A stretch of 64,000 bases of DNA. Origin: an uncultured Flavobacteriaceae bacterium (GTDB lineage Bacteria; Bacteroidota; Bacteroidia; Flavobacteriales; Flavobacteriaceae). A program made the translations under genes and the position numbers. Shown here one piece after another: positions 46,031 to 56,592 of this stretch. The DNA lies in the NCBI GenBank assembly GCA_947498845.1, contig CANMLX010000022.1, forward strand, positions 1,452 to 65,451. Direction: 5' to 3'. Numbering within the stretch: position 1 is the stretch's first letter; the number at the start of each line of letters is the position of its first letter. The notes under the pieces are model-generated. The model made no database searches. It had not been told where the DNA came from and was given only the letters and a program-made list of their open reading frames with translations.

Positions 46031-47860
46031 ATGACCAAACAACCAGATATAGGATTGGTAACCGCAAAAGAAGTTGCTAAAGCGATACAATTAAACAAGT
46101 ATGGTTTTATAGGCACTTTTATAGGATGGTTGCTTATGAAAGTTCTTAAAATATCTACTTTAAACAAAATTTATAAACGCAATAAGCATTTAAGCGATGT
46201 CCCATTTTTAAATGGTATTTTGGAGGACTTTGAAATAAAATTTGAAATCCCCGAGCAAGACTTAAAGCGCTTACCTAAGGATGGCGCCTATATAACGGTT
46301 TCTAATCACCCGTTAGGAGGAATAGATGGCATTCTGCTTTTAAAATTAATGTTAGAACAGCGCAAAGACTTTAAGATTATTGCAAATTTCCTGTTGCATC
46401 GTATAGAGCCTTTAAAACCTTACATTATGCCAGTAAATCCATTCGAAGAGCGCAAAGATGTAAAATCAAGTATAGCAGGATTTAAAAACTCCATTTTACA
46501 TTTACGTGAAGGGCATCCGTTAGGTGTGTTCCCTGCAGGAGAAGTATCTACATATAGAGATGGAAAGTTGGTCGTAGATAAACCATGGGAAGAGGCAGCA
46601 ATGAAGCTCATTAAAAAAGCCGAAGTACCTGTTGTACCTATTTACTTCCACGCGAAAAATAGTAAGTTATTCTATAAGCTGTCTAAAATAAGTGACACCT
46701 TTAGAACAGCGAAATTGCCGTCCGAATTACTTACCCAAAAGCGTAGAGTTATAAAAGTGAGGATAGGGAAACCCATATCTGTTAAAGATCAAAAGGAATA
46801 TAAGGATCTTAAAAGTTTTTCAGAATTTATAAGAAGAAAAACCTACATGTTATCTAATGCTTTTGAAAATAAATCTAAGATTTTAGATAATCTATCTTCG
46901 TCGTTAAAAACTCAAAAAGTGCCAAAAAACATTGTAACACCAGTTGATGTTAAGGCAATGATTGATGAGGTAGAAGTGCTTCGTAAAAATGATGCACGAT
47001 TACTTGAAAGTAAAAATTATGAGGTGTTTTTAGCCGAAGCATCTAAAATACCAAATGCATTAAGAGAAATAGGGCGTTTAAGAGAAATAACATTTAGAGA
47101 AGTTGGCGAAGGCACTAACGAAGCTATAGATCTAGATGATTTTGATGCCTATTACCACCATATGTTTTTATGGGACAATAATAAAAAAGTTATTGCTGGT
47201 GCTTATCGAATGGGCTTAGGCGCCAAAATTTTTGAAAAATATGGTATAAACGGATTTTACTTGCAAGATTTATTTCGTTTTGAACCCGAATTGCATAAAA
47301 TGATGAGCGAATCTATTGAAATGGGGCGCGCCTTTATCATTAAAGCCTATCAACAAAAACCAATGCCTTTATTTTTACTGTGGAAAGGCATAGTGCATAC
47401 TACATTACGTTATCCAGAACACAAATACTTAATAGGAGGTGTTAGTATAAGTAACCAGTTTTCTAACTTTTCAAAATCATTAATGATTGAGTTTATGAAA
47501 TCGCATTACTACGATCCTTACCTGGCTCAATATGTGCATCCTAAAAAAGAATTTAAAGTAAAGTTAAAGGATGCCGATAAAGATTTTGTTTTTGATGAAA
47601 CAGAAGCCGATTTAAATAAATTCGATAAGATTATAGACGAAATAGAACCAGGAGCACTGCGTTTACCAGTACTATTAAAAAAATACATTAAACAAAATGC
47701 AAAATTAGTGGCTTTTAATGTAGACCCCTTGTTTAACAATGCAGTGGATGGGCTTATGTATATTAAAATTGCCGATTTACCAGAAAGCACAGTACGCCCA
47801 GTAATGGAAGAGTTTCAAGCAGAATTGGAAGGGAAGTTTATTGAAAATAATGGAGGTTAA
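46031..47860 (+). CDS. bifunctional acyltransferase (PlsC-like O-acyltransferase + GNAT-like N-acyltransferase), OlsF-like aminolipid synthase
   Basis: 609 aa. N-terminal acyltransferase motif SNHPLGGIDG...PAGEVS. C-terminal ~300 aa resemble OlsB/hemolysin-like N-acyltransferases. The OlsF assignment is by architecture only. Confidence 0.65.
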   Translation: MTKQPDIGLVTAKEVAKAIQLNKYGFIGTFIGWLLMKVLKISTLNKIYKRNKHLSDVPFLNGILEDFEIKFEIPEQDLKRLPKDGAYITVSNHPLGGIDGILLLKLMLEQRKDFKIIANFLLHRIEPLKPYIMPVNPFEERKDVKSSIAGFKNSILHLREGHPLGVFPAGEVSTYRDGKLVVDKPWEEAAMKLIKKAEVPVVPIYFHAKNSKLFYKLSKISDTFRTAKLPSELLTQKRRVIKVRIGKPISVKDQKEYKDLKSFSEFIRRKTYMLSNAFENKSKILDNLSSSLKTQKVPKNIVTPVDVKAMIDEVEVLRKNDARLLESKNYEVFLAEASKIPNALREIGRLREITFREVGEGTNEAIDLDDFDAYYHHMFLWDNNKKVIAGAYRMGLGAKIFEKYGINGFYLQDLFRFEPELHKMMSESIEMGRAFIIKAYQQKPMPLFLLWKGIVHTTLRYPEHKYLIGGVSISNQFSNFSKSLMIEFMKSHYYDPYLAQYVHPKKEFKVKLKDADKDFVFDETEADLNKFDKIIDEIEPGALRLPVLLKKYIKQNAKLVAFNVDPLFNNAVDGLMYIKIADLPESTVRPVMEEFQAELEGKFIENNGG

Positions 47861-48244
47861 CCCCAAGTATAGACGTTCTAAATTTTCTCTACTTAACTAA
47901 TAGTAAGATCAAAATTATTGTAAAATAATTAAATTCAAGACCTTTTTAGAGACAGACGGACGGATGACCAATGACTGCTCACTAAAAAATATATATTTAT
48001 GATTGCGGATTCTTAAAATGTAACGATCCTGTTTCCTGCTAGTTCTGGTATTTTTAATCTGAAAAATTTTATTTATACTTTAAGTATAACAATTTAGCTA
48101 TAATTAGCACAAACTAACATAACTATAACAATTCAAATCAATTGCGTTTCAATAAAATTTATATTTTTGGAACAGTAATTGTAATTTACTATTTAAATAT
48201 GAAGATTTAAACAGTATATGTTAAGTTGTAATACCCCAATTAAA

Positions 48245-49024
48245 ATGAAAAAAATACTACTAATAATCGCTTTTGCAATAACCCAAGTGGGTTTTGCTCA
48301 AATAGAACCTGCTTTTGAAGAAGGTGAATGGTTTAAGTTTAAAATGAGTTATAGTAACTTTTTAAAAGCAGGAAATGCTACACTTACTGTTAAAGATGCA
48401 AAATTAGGTGATAAAGATGTTTATCATGTACAAGGAAAGGGTTGGACAACAGGTATGATAAAATGGTTTTTTAAAGTTGAAGATAGGTACGAGAGTTATT
48501 TTGATAAGAAAACCATTATGCCTTATAAGTTTATTAGAAATATAGATGAGGGGGGGCATACCAAAGATATTGAAATAGATTTCGATCAAGTTAACAACAA
48601 AGCGCATATTAACGATAAAAAACATAAAAGAAAAAAGGTGATAGATACCAAGCCAAACATACAGGATATGGTATCTACGTTTTATTACTTGAGAAATAAC
48701 CTAGATACAACTACCTTAAAATCAGGTGACGAAGTACGTGTAGACATGTTTTTTGATGAAGAAAACTACGGGTTTAAATTACAGTTTTTAGGAGAAGAAA
48801 CTATTAAAACAGATTTTGGGATGGTAAAATCTTTAAAGTTTAGACCGTATGTATTGGCGGGGCGTGTTTTTAAAGAAGAAGAAAGTTTAACGCTATGGGT
48901 GTCAAAAGACAAAAATAAAGTACCTTTGCGCATCAAAGCAGATTTAGCTGTTGGGTCGCTACGTGCAGATCTAGACGCATTTAAAGGATTAAAGCATCCG
49001 TTCCAAATAGTTGTTAACAATTAA
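48245..49024 (+). CDS. DUF3108-like secreted protein
   Basis: Signal peptide MKKILLIIAFAITQVGFAQ. FEEGEWFKFKMSY...G.ATL pattern. ATG 48245 preferred over 48218. Confidence 0.6.
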   Translation: MKKILLIIAFAITQVGFAQIEPAFEEGEWFKFKMSYSNFLKAGNATLTVKDAKLGDKDVYHVQGKGWTTGMIKWFFKVEDRYESYFDKKTIMPYKFIRNIDEGGHTKDIEIDFDQVNNKAHINDKKHKRKKVIDTKPNIQDMVSTFYYLRNNLDTTTLKSGDEVRVDMFFDEENYGFKLQFLGEETIKTDFGMVKSLKFRPYVLAGRVFKEEESLTLWVSKDKNKVPLRIKADLAVGSLRADLDAFKGLKHPFQIVVNN

Positions 49025-49944
49025 TGAAATTAGACTCAGACATAACCAATAAGTTAAAAGAAAAATACGAGTCCATAGACCAAGATTTTAATGTTCATTT
49101 AGAAGGGTTATATCATAGTAAGCCCATAAATTATTGGGATTATATTCAAACCGATGCACTACTAAATCTCCAATTGCCTAGAACAAATTTCCCTGATGAA
49201 ATGGTATTTATAATGTACCATCAAATTAGTGAGTTATTGTTTAAAATGATACTTACAGAAATAGATCAGGTGGCTAAAAATGAGGTGGATGTAGCCATCT
49301 TTACCGAAAAAATCTCGAGAATTAAACGCTATTTCGATGTCCTTACATCTTCATTCAGTATCATGAAAGATGGTATGAATAGCGATCAATACAACAAATT
49401 TAGAACCACACTTACGCCAGCAAGCGGATTTCAAAGTGCGCAATACAGAAAAGTAGAGTTTGCATCAACAGAGTTGTCTAATCTAATTGATAAAAGGTTT
49501 AGAGATAAAATAGACAGTACATCAACATACGAAAATGCATTTGAGCATTTGTATTGGCAAGCAGCAGGTAAAGACTTTAAAACAGGAAAAAAAACATACA
49601 CACTAACAGCTTTTGAAGAACGTTATAAAGACGAGTTTATAAGGTTTGCAAAATACTATAAGAACAATAATTTGTGGACTAAATTTAAAAAGCTGCCCAA
49701 ATCTTCACAAACAAACAAAACGCTAGTAAAAGCGATGCGGGATTATGATTATACAGTAAACGTAAAGTGGGTTATGGCACATTATAATACTGCAAATCAC
49801 TATCTAAATATTGGAGGAGAGACAGCAGAAGCCACAGGAGGGAGCGAATGGGTAAAATATATGCATCCAAAATATCAGAAAAGAATATTTTTTCCAGATT
49901 TATGGACAGAAAAAGAAAAGGAAGATTGGGGAATAACTATTTAG
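49024..49944 (+). CDS. kynA: tryptophan 2,3-dioxygenase family protein
   Basis: 306 aa. YWDYIQTDALLNLQ and HQISELLFKM resemble bacterial TDO helices. Confidence 0.75.
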   Translation: MKLDSDITNKLKEKYESIDQDFNVHLEGLYHSKPINYWDYIQTDALLNLQLPRTNFPDEMVFIMYHQISELLFKMILTEIDQVAKNEVDVAIFTEKISRIKRYFDVLTSSFSIMKDGMNSDQYNKFRTTLTPASGFQSAQYRKVEFASTELSNLIDKRFRDKIDSTSTYENAFEHLYWQAAGKDFKTGKKTYTLTAFEERYKDEFIRFAKYYKNNNLWTKFKKLPKSSQTNKTLVKAMRDYDYTVNVKWVMAHYNTANHYLNIGGETAEATGGSEWVKYMHPKYQKRIFFPDLWTEKEKEDWGITI

Positions 49945-51212
49945 TAGTTTTAGTGCTACTAGTATCGTTAATAAGTTGTAAAGAAGATGCTAAACCAGTA
50001 ATCAAAGAAAGTTTAGCAGTTATAGAAGAGCCAGAACCAGTCTTTGAGTTTGGGTTTAATATCGACGACTATATAATAAAACACGACACCATTAAAAATG
50101 GTGATACCTTTGGCGTTATACTAGAACGCAACAGGATTGGTTATCCTAAAATTTACCAAATCGCAGAAAAAGCAAAAGACTCATTTGATATACGAAAGTT
50201 ACAAGTAGGTAAACCTTATACGTTATTCTGCTCAAAAGACTCTTTAGAATTGCCCGAAGCCTTTGTGTACCAACCTACAAAAGAAGACTACGTAGTCATA
50301 AAATTTAAAGACTCTATTTATGCTTACAATAAGCACAAGCCTATAAAGTATGTTGAAAAAACAGCAACAGGAGTTATAACAAATAGCATTTCTCAAACAT
50401 TAGAAGAACAAGGTTTAAGTCAGCGTTTAGCTTATAAAATGGCAGACGAAATATTTGCATGGACCATAGATTTTAGACGTTTACAAAAAGGAGACCGCTT
50501 TAAGGTAATATATACCGATAAATATATAGATGATAGTATCTACGTGGGTATAGATAATGTAAAAGCAGCCTATTTTGAGCATAAAAACGAACCCTTTTAC
50601 GCCTTTGAATTTTTAACCGATTCTGTAAAAGGTATTACAGATTATTTTAGTGAAGAAGCCAAAAATTTAAGACGTGCCTTTTTAAAAGCACCAGTTAAAT
50701 TTAGTCGTATCTCATCAAGATATAATTTAAAACGAAGAATAGCCGTTTACGGCTACAAAGTACGTCCACATAAAGGCACCGATTTTGCTGCACCCATAGG
50801 CACACCAATTATGGCAACCTCCAATGGAACAGTAACAAAAGCCAGTTATACAGGAGGTAATGGTAATTATGTAAAAATACGCCATAATGCGACCTACGAA
50901 ACCCAATATTTACATATGAGTAAGCGTAATGTAAAAGTGGGACAGTTTGTAAAACAAGGAGATGTAATAGGCTGGGTAGGGATGACAGGAAAAACAGGAG
51001 GACCACATGTGTGTTATCGTTTCTGGAAAAACGGAAGACAAGTAGACCCCTTTAAACAAAAATTACCAGAGTCTAAACCAATTTCAGATTCTTTAAAAGT
51101 AAAATACTTGGACTTTATTAAGCCTATAAAAGCAGAGTTAGATGACATTACTTTTAAGAGAAAAAAGAAAAAAGACATAACTAATAACAATCAAGTTACA
51201 CTTAACAATTAA
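49902..51212 (+). CDS. M23-family metallopeptidase lipoprotein
   Basis: Signal [27 protein letters not shown]23 motifs [16 protein letters not shown] and YLHMSK...GGPHV. The preferred start still overlaps kynA by 43 nt (the track start 49848 overlaps by 97 nt). Confidence 0.8.
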   Translation: MDRKRKGRLGNNYLVVLVLLVSLISCKEDAKPVIKESLAVIEEPEPVFEFGFNIDDYIIKHDTIKNGDTFGVILERNRIGYPKIYQIAEKAKDSFDIRKLQVGKPYTLFCSKDSLELPEAFVYQPTKEDYVVIKFKDSIYAYNKHKPIKYVEKTATGVITNSISQTLEEQGLSQRLAYKMADEIFAWTIDFRRLQKGDRFKVIYTDKYIDDSIYVGIDNVKAAYFEHKNEPFYAFEFLTDSVKGITDYFSEEAKNLRRAFLKAPVKFSRISSRYNLKRRIAVYGYKVRPHKGTDFAAPIGTPIMATSNGTVTKASYTGGNGNYVKIRHNATYETQYLHMSKRNVKVGQFVKQGDVIGWVGMTGKTGGPHVCYRFWKNGRQVDPFKQKLPESKPISDSLKVKYLDFIKPIKAELDDITFKRKKKKDITNNNQVTLNN

Positions 51213-51213
51213 A

Positions 51214-52833
51214 ATGGCACTACCAAATATTAATCCAACAACTACGCCTTCTTGGAAAAAATTACAAGAACATTTTGAAGCTGTAAAAAATGACCATATG
51301 AAAGATTTATTTGCTCAAGATAAAAACAGAGCAGATAAATTTACCATTAAATGGAACGACTTTTATGTAGACTTTTCTAAGAACAGAATTACAGAAGAAA
51401 CCTTCAAGTACCTTTTAGAATTGGCCAACGATGTTAAACTAAAAGAAGCAATAGAAAGCCAATTTTTGGGAGATATAATTAATCAAACAGAAGGTAGAGC
51501 AGTATTACATACCGCGTTAAGAGCTCCAGAAACAGCAGTAGTTAATGTAGATGGTAAAAATGTAATACCAGAAGTATACGAGGTTAAAAGAAAGATTGAG
51601 GCATTTACTAACGAAGTAACATCAGGAGCTAGAAAAGGGTATACAGGAAAGCCATTTACAGATATTGTAAATATAGGTATAGGAGGATCTGATCTTGGAC
51701 CAGCCATGGTTGTAGATGCATTACAGTATTATAAAAACGAATTAACAACACATTTTGTAAGTAATGTAGATGGCGACCATGTTAATGAAGTTATTAAAAA
51801 ATTAAATCCAGAAACCACACTTTTTGTAATTGTATCAAAAACATTTACAACACAAGAAACGATATCTAATGCGAACACTATAAAAACGTGGTTCTTACAA
51901 TCGGCATCGCAAGACGATATTGCTAAGCATTTTGTGGCAGTTTCCACAAATATAGAAGCAGTAAAAAACTTTGGTATAGATACTAATAATATATTCCCAA
52001 TGTGGAATTGGGTAGGAGGACGTTTTTCTCTATGGAGTGCAGTGGGGCTATCCATTAGTTTGGCTGTAGGCTATAAAAATTATGAGAGTTTGTTGAGTGG
52101 TGCCAACAAAATGGACGATCATTTTAAAAACGAAGACTTTAAAAATAACATTCCAGTAGTTCTTGCTTTAATTAGCGTATGGTACAATAACTTTTTTAAA
52201 GCCGAAAGTGAAGCGGTAATAGCATACTCTCAATACTTAAACCAATTTGCAACCTATCTACAACAAGGTATTATGGAAAGTAATGGTAAAAGTGTAGATA
52301 GAAATGGCAACCCTATAGATTACGAAACAGGAACATTAATCTGGGGAGAACCAGGTACAAATTCGCAACATGCCTTTTTTCAGCTTATACACCAAGGGAC
52401 TAAGCTAATACCAGCAGACTTTATAGGGTTTACAAAATCCCTTCATGGTAATCAAGAGCACCAGGACAAGTTAATATCTAACTTTTTAGCACAAACAGAG
52501 GCGTTATTAAATGGCAAAACCGAAGCACAAGTAGTTGCTGAAGATACTACAGAAGCTATAGTGCCTTTCAAAATATTTAAGGGGAATAAACCAACAAATA
52601 CTATTTTTATTAATAAATTAACACCAGAAAGTTTAGGTAAGCTTATAGCGATGTATGAACATAAAATATTTGTACAAGGGATTATTTGGAATATTTTTAG
52701 CTACGATCAATTTGGAGTAGAGCTAGGAAAGCAGTTAGCAAACAAAATTTTACAAGAATTTAACAATAATGTAAAAAACGAACATGATTCATCTACTGCA
52801 TCTTTATTAAATTTTTATAAAAAAATGGCCTAA
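51214..52833 (+). CDS. pgi: glucose-6-phosphate isomerase
   Basis: 539 aa. [20 protein letters not shown] and GxxWxxNSFDQxGVELGK-type C-terminus ([11 protein letters not shown]). Confidence 0.95.
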   Translation: MALPNINPTTTPSWKKLQEHFEAVKNDHMKDLFAQDKNRADKFTIKWNDFYVDFSKNRITEETFKYLLELANDVKLKEAIESQFLGDIINQTEGRAVLHTALRAPETAVVNVDGKNVIPEVYEVKRKIEAFTNEVTSGARKGYTGKPFTDIVNIGIGGSDLGPAMVVDALQYYKNELTTHFVSNVDGDHVNEVIKKLNPETTLFVIVSKTFTTQETISNANTIKTWFLQSASQDDIAKHFVAVSTNIEAVKNFGIDTNNIFPMWNWVGGRFSLWSAVGLSISLAVGYKNYESLLSGANKMDDHFKNEDFKNNIPVVLALISVWYNNFFKAESEAVIAYSQYLNQFATYLQQGIMESNGKSVDRNGNPIDYETGTLIWGEPGTNSQHAFFQLIHQGTKLIPADFIGFTKSLHGNQEHQDKLISNFLAQTEALLNGKTEAQVVAEDTTEAIVPFKIFKGNKPTNTIFINKLTPESLGKLIAMYEHKIFVQGIIWNIFSYDQFGVELGKQLANKILQEFNNNVKNEHDSSTASLLNFYKKMA

Positions 52834-52857
52834 AAAAATCTTATTTTCATAAAAATC

Positions 52858-52905
52858 AGAAAGAAAAAACGCATAAAGATTTATTTTTATGCGTTTTTTC
52901 TTTCT
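52858..52905 (+). terminator. strong terminator hairpin after pgi
   Basis: Perfect 20-bp stem AGAAAGAAAAAACGCATAAA / TTTATGCGTTTTTTCTTTCT with an 8-nt loop. Confidence 0.7.
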
Positions 52906-52962
52906 ATTTATTTAACTTAGTTTTCTTAACAATCACATAATAGTTAAACATCAATCAAAAAG

Positions 52963-52970
52963 TAATTTTG
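52963..52970 (+). promoter_or_regulatory. Bacteroidota -7 promoter box (TAATTTTG)
   Basis: Matches TAnnTTTG, 30 nt upstream of the receptor ATG at 53001. Confidence 0.4.
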
Positions 52971-53000
52971 TAAGACTAATTCAATTTAATTAATCCAATA

Positions 53001-55793
53001 ATGAAAAAAATTACTCAACTAGTATTTTTTGTTGCCCTATTTTGTGCAACAACAATTATGGCACAAAGCACAATAAAAGGTGTGGTAATTGATGCCGAAT
53101 TCAACTCAGTATTACCTGGCGCTAATGTTGTAGAAAAAGGTACTACAAATGGTGTCTCTACAGATTTTGATGGTAAGTTTACGCTTAAAACACAAAAGGC
53201 TTCAGGAGAAGTAATTATATCTTATGTAGGATATGGTTCGGTTACATTACCATTTAATGGTGATACCAATTTAGGTGAAATCACAATCTCTACAGATAAT
53301 AGTTTACAAGAAGTTGTAATTAATGCTTCTGGTAATATTGATCTTGTAGTAGATAGAAAAACACCAATTGCTGTGAGTACTGTTACAGCTAAAGAAATTG
53401 CTTTAAAAGCAGGGAATATGGAATTTCCAGAAATTATGAATAAAACACCTAGTGTATATGCAACAAAACAAGGTGGAGGTTATGGAGATTCTAGAATTAC
53501 GCTACGTGGTTTTGATCAAAGAAATACGTCGTATTTAATTAATGGTCAACCAGTAAACGACATGGAAAATGGTTGGGTATTCTGGTCTAACTGGCAAGGA
53601 TTAACCGATGTAGCTTCGGGAATCCAAATTCAAAGAGGTTTAGGAGCATCTAAATTAGCGGTGCCTTCTGTTGGTGGTACAGTGTCTATTGTAACTAAAA
53701 ATGCAGCAAAACAACGAGGGGGTTCGCTTTCTACAATGATTGGTAATGACAATTATGTTAAAAGTACCGCAATATACAATACAGGTGTAAATGAAAAAGG
53801 ATGGTCTAGCAGTTATTTAATTGGCAAATGGTCTGGAGATGGTTATGTTTATAATACAAGAGGTGAAGGCTATAACTACTTTTTTGCTGTAGGGTATCAG
53901 CCTGTAGGCTCTAATCATAAATTTAACCTTTCTTTTTTAGGAGCTGGACAATGGCACCATCAAAGAGATGTTGATGTATCAATTCGTGATTATGAAAATT
54001 TTGGAGAAGATGGAATTGACCCAAGATGGAACTCAAACGGTGGTATTTTAAATGGTAAAGAATACAACTTAAGAAGAAACTTCTACAACAAACCTTTAGC
54101 GACACTTAACTGGGATTGGGATATTACAGAAGATCTACAGCTAGCTACAACTGTTTATGCATCATGGGGACGTGGTGGAGGTACTGGTCCTAGAGGGAAT
54201 AACTTTCGTGATGGAGTTGCAGATGTTCTTCCATTTCGTAAAGACCTGACTGAGCACTACTTAGAAAACGAAAGAGGGTCGCGTTTATCAAATGGATTTA
54301 TTAATTTCGATGCTATTGTAGCTAATAACAGAGCTACAACTCAAGGTTATTCTGGAGATATAGCTTCAGATCATTACGCTGGACGATTAATAGGATCTAA
54401 TGGTTTTAGAGAAGATGGTGTTAACAGAGCGGTATTAATTAGAAGAGCCTCAATGAACTCTCATGATTGGTATGGCGCTATTGCAAATCTAAAATATACA
54501 AAGAATAAGTTTACATACTCTCTTGGAGTTGATTTAAGAGATTATACTGGATATCACTATAGAGTAGTTAACGATTTATTAGGTTTAGATGGTTACTTTT
54601 CAACAGGCAATGAAAATTCAGCAGGTCAAATTATTAATACAACAATAGCAGCGAAGCCTTTTAGAGATACTGGGTTAAATGGGCCAAAGATTAATTTCTA
54701 CAATATTGGAAATGTGGGATGGGCAGGAATTAACGGACTTATAGAGTATGATGATGACGAAATATTTGCTGCCGTTTTACAAGGAGGTTATTCTAACCAA
54801 TCTTTCCAAAGAGACGATTATTTTGCACAACCTCATAATCCAATATCAGATACAAAGAATATAGGTGGTGGTTATGTAAAAGGAGGCGTTAATTTTAACA
54901 TCGACGATCAACATAATGTATTTGGTAATGCAGGATACATAAGTCGTCAGCCTAATTTTGATGCAGTATTTCCTGGATTTGCAAACGATATCAATCCAGA
55001 TTTACAAAACGAAGAGATCATTTCTTTTGAACTAGGCTATGGTTTAAAATTAGATAACCTTAATGTTAAATTGAATTTATATAACACAAATTGGGGTAAT
55101 CGTTTTTTAACCCAAAGTGCAGATGTGTTATTGATAGATAATACAGGAGCTCCTATTTTAGATGATGATGGCAATCAAGCTACAGTACAAGGAACAGCTC
55201 AATTTAAAGATATTGACGTAGTTCATAGAGGTATTGAATTAGAAGCAACTTACAAACCTATAAATAAATTGAGAATAACAGGAATGTTATCTATAGGAGA
55301 TTGGAGATATACTAAAGATTTCACCGCAGGTATATTTGATGACAATAACCAACCATTAGGTGAAGAGCTTACACTTTTTTTAGAAGATGTTAAAGTTGGT
55401 GATGCTGCACAATTTACTGCTTTTGGAGAAGTTGATTATAAGATATTAGATAATTTGTCTGTTGATTTAGGTTGTAGATACGCCGATAATTTATATGCAG
55501 ATTATGGTATAGAAGATGATGCGTTTTTTAGTGACGATAATAAAGGAGCGCTTAAGTTACCATCGTTTACATTATTTGATGCAGGAGCTACCTATAGCTT
55601 TAATGTCCTTAAAAAACGAGCTAGTATACGAATTAATGTAAACAATGTATTTGACACACTTTACATTGCTGAGTCTGAAACTAATATACATGCTGAAGAA
55701 GGGGCTGAGACGTGGAATGGTATTGATAAAACAAACTTGGTATGGTTTGGATTTGGAAGAACTTGGAACGCTTCTTTTAAATTCAATTTCTAA
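53001..55793 (+). CDS. TonB-dependent receptor with CarboxypepD_reg N-terminal domain
   Basis: 930 aa with a signal peptide. CarboxypepD_reg (IKGVVIDAEFNSVLPGANVV), plug (ITLRGFDQRNTSYLINGQPVND), barrel ending ...ASFKFNF. Confidence 0.9.
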   Translation: MKKITQLVFFVALFCATTIMAQSTIKGVVIDAEFNSVLPGANVVEKGTTNGVSTDFDGKFTLKTQKASGEVIISYVGYGSVTLPFNGDTNLGEITISTDNSLQEVVINASGNIDLVVDRKTPIAVSTVTAKEIALKAGNMEFPEIMNKTPSVYATKQGGGYGDSRITLRGFDQRNTSYLINGQPVNDMENGWVFWSNWQGLTDVASGIQIQRGLGASKLAVPSVGGTVSIVTKNAAKQRGGSLSTMIGNDNYVKSTAIYNTGVNEKGWSSSYLIGKWSGDGYVYNTRGEGYNYFFAVGYQPVGSNHKFNLSFLGAGQWHHQRDVDVSIRDYENFGEDGIDPRWNSNGGILNGKEYNLRRNFYNKPLATLNWDWDITEDLQLATTVYASWGRGGGTGPRGNNFRDGVADVLPFRKDLTEHYLENERGSRLSNGFINFDAIVANNRATTQGYSGDIASDHYAGRLIGSNGFREDGVNRAVLIRRASMNSHDWYGAIANLKYTKNKFTYSLGVDLRDYTGYHYRVVNDLLGLDGYFSTGNENSAGQIINTTIAAKPFRDTGLNGPKINFYNIGNVGWAGINGLIEYDDDEIFAAVLQGGYSNQSFQRDDYFAQPHNPISDTKNIGGGYVKGGVNFNIDDQHNVFGNAGYISRQPNFDAVFPGFANDINPDLQNEEIISFELGYGLKLDNLNVKLNLYNTNWGNRFLTQSADVLLIDNTGAPILDDDGNQATVQGTAQFKDIDVVHRGIELEATYKPINKLRITGMLSIGDWRYTKDFTAGIFDDNNQPLGEELTLFLEDVKVGDAAQFTAFGEVDYKILDNLSVDLGCRYADNLYADYGIEDDAFFSDDNKGALKLPSFTLFDAGATYSFNVLKKRASIRINVNNVFDTLYIAESETNIHAEEGAETWNGIDKTNLVWFGFGRTWNASFKFNF

Positions 55794-55820
55794 GCCAATA
55801 TCTATAATAAAAACAAATAA

Positions 55821-55854
55821 AAAAGGCTGTCTTTACCAAAAGACAGCCTTTTTT
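55821..55854 (+). terminator. rho-independent terminator after the receptor gene
   Basis: AAAAGGCTGTCTT-TACCAA-AAGACAGCCTTTTTT. Confidence 0.7.
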
Positions 55855-55867
55855 ATGTTGAAATAGA

Positions 55868-55918
55868 ATTTCAAAAGGCACTTTTTAACTCAGTAAATTC
55901 ATTTGGGAATTGGTATTA
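55868..55918. repeat. ~50-bp repeat, possible IS terminus relic, copy 2
   Basis: Matches 6553-6602 (2 mismatches). Its end overlaps the stop codon of the 221-aa gene. Confidence 0.65.
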
Positions 55919-56581
55919 CTCATTGATAATAATACCGTTATTATAAATATACTTTTTAACTTCTTCTCCTTCTGGAGTATAAATAACCCAAATAGCATGT
56001 TTTTTTCCATTGACATAATACCCTCTTTCGTTTAAAATACCTGTATCGTAGTAATAGTCATAGTAATACCCACATCCATTTTTATAGGTTTCGTAATAAT
56101 TTTTTTCGTCTGCTTTATCAAAATCGGTTGATAAGAATGGAGATAGAACTTTTCCATCAAGATCAAATACTTCATATTTTCCATCAAGAATACCATTTGA
56201 ATAATTAAACCTTTTTACAATTACAAATGTATTTCCCTTTTTCCACTCTTTTACCCAAGAACCTTCTTTTTTCCCACCCTTTATCAAACCTTTTAAGTAT
56301 CCAGTTAAATGCGTATTGGTACTATTATTTGGTAGTGAATATAAAGCAATTTTCATATTGGCATTAACTAAAGTAGAATCTTTTACATATATATACAGTC
56401 CTTCATTATTAATTGTCATAACCTGTTTTGCTTCTTCTTCTAAGAGCGGTATTTTTCTAAGATGCTCTGTAACTTCTTCGGTGAGATATTCTCTTTCCAC
56501 GTCTTCAATTACAACTTTCTTTTGCCCTAAGCAATTAAAAAGTATTAGAGATAACAAAAAACTTAATATTCTATGTTTCAT
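55916..56581 (-). CDS. exported YwqK/MORN-variant repeat protein, candidate immunity protein
   Basis: 221 aa. Signal peptide MKHRILSFLLSLILFNCLGQ. Repeats GKKEGSWVKEWKKGNTF, NGILDGKYEVFDLDGKV, NGKKHAIWVIYTPEGEEV. Last gene of the Hcp-toxin operon. Confidence 0.6.
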   Translation of the reverse strand: MKHRILSFLLSLILFNCLGQKKVVIEDVEREYLTEEVTEHLRKIPLLEEEAKQVMTINNEGLYIYVKDSTLVNANMKIALYSLPNNSTNTHLTGYLKGLIKGGKKEGSWVKEWKKGNTFVIVKRFNYSNGILDGKYEVFDLDGKVLSPFLSTDFDKADEKNYYETYKNGCGYYYDYYYDTGILNERGYYVNGKKHAIWVIYTPEGEEVKKYIYNNGIIINE

Positions 56582-56592
56582 AATTAATATAG

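Noticed and set aside
45952-46167. 71-aa minus-strand ORF overlapping the start of the OlsF-like gene
   Set aside because: It is antisense to a strongly supported gene and its upstream hairpin. No support.
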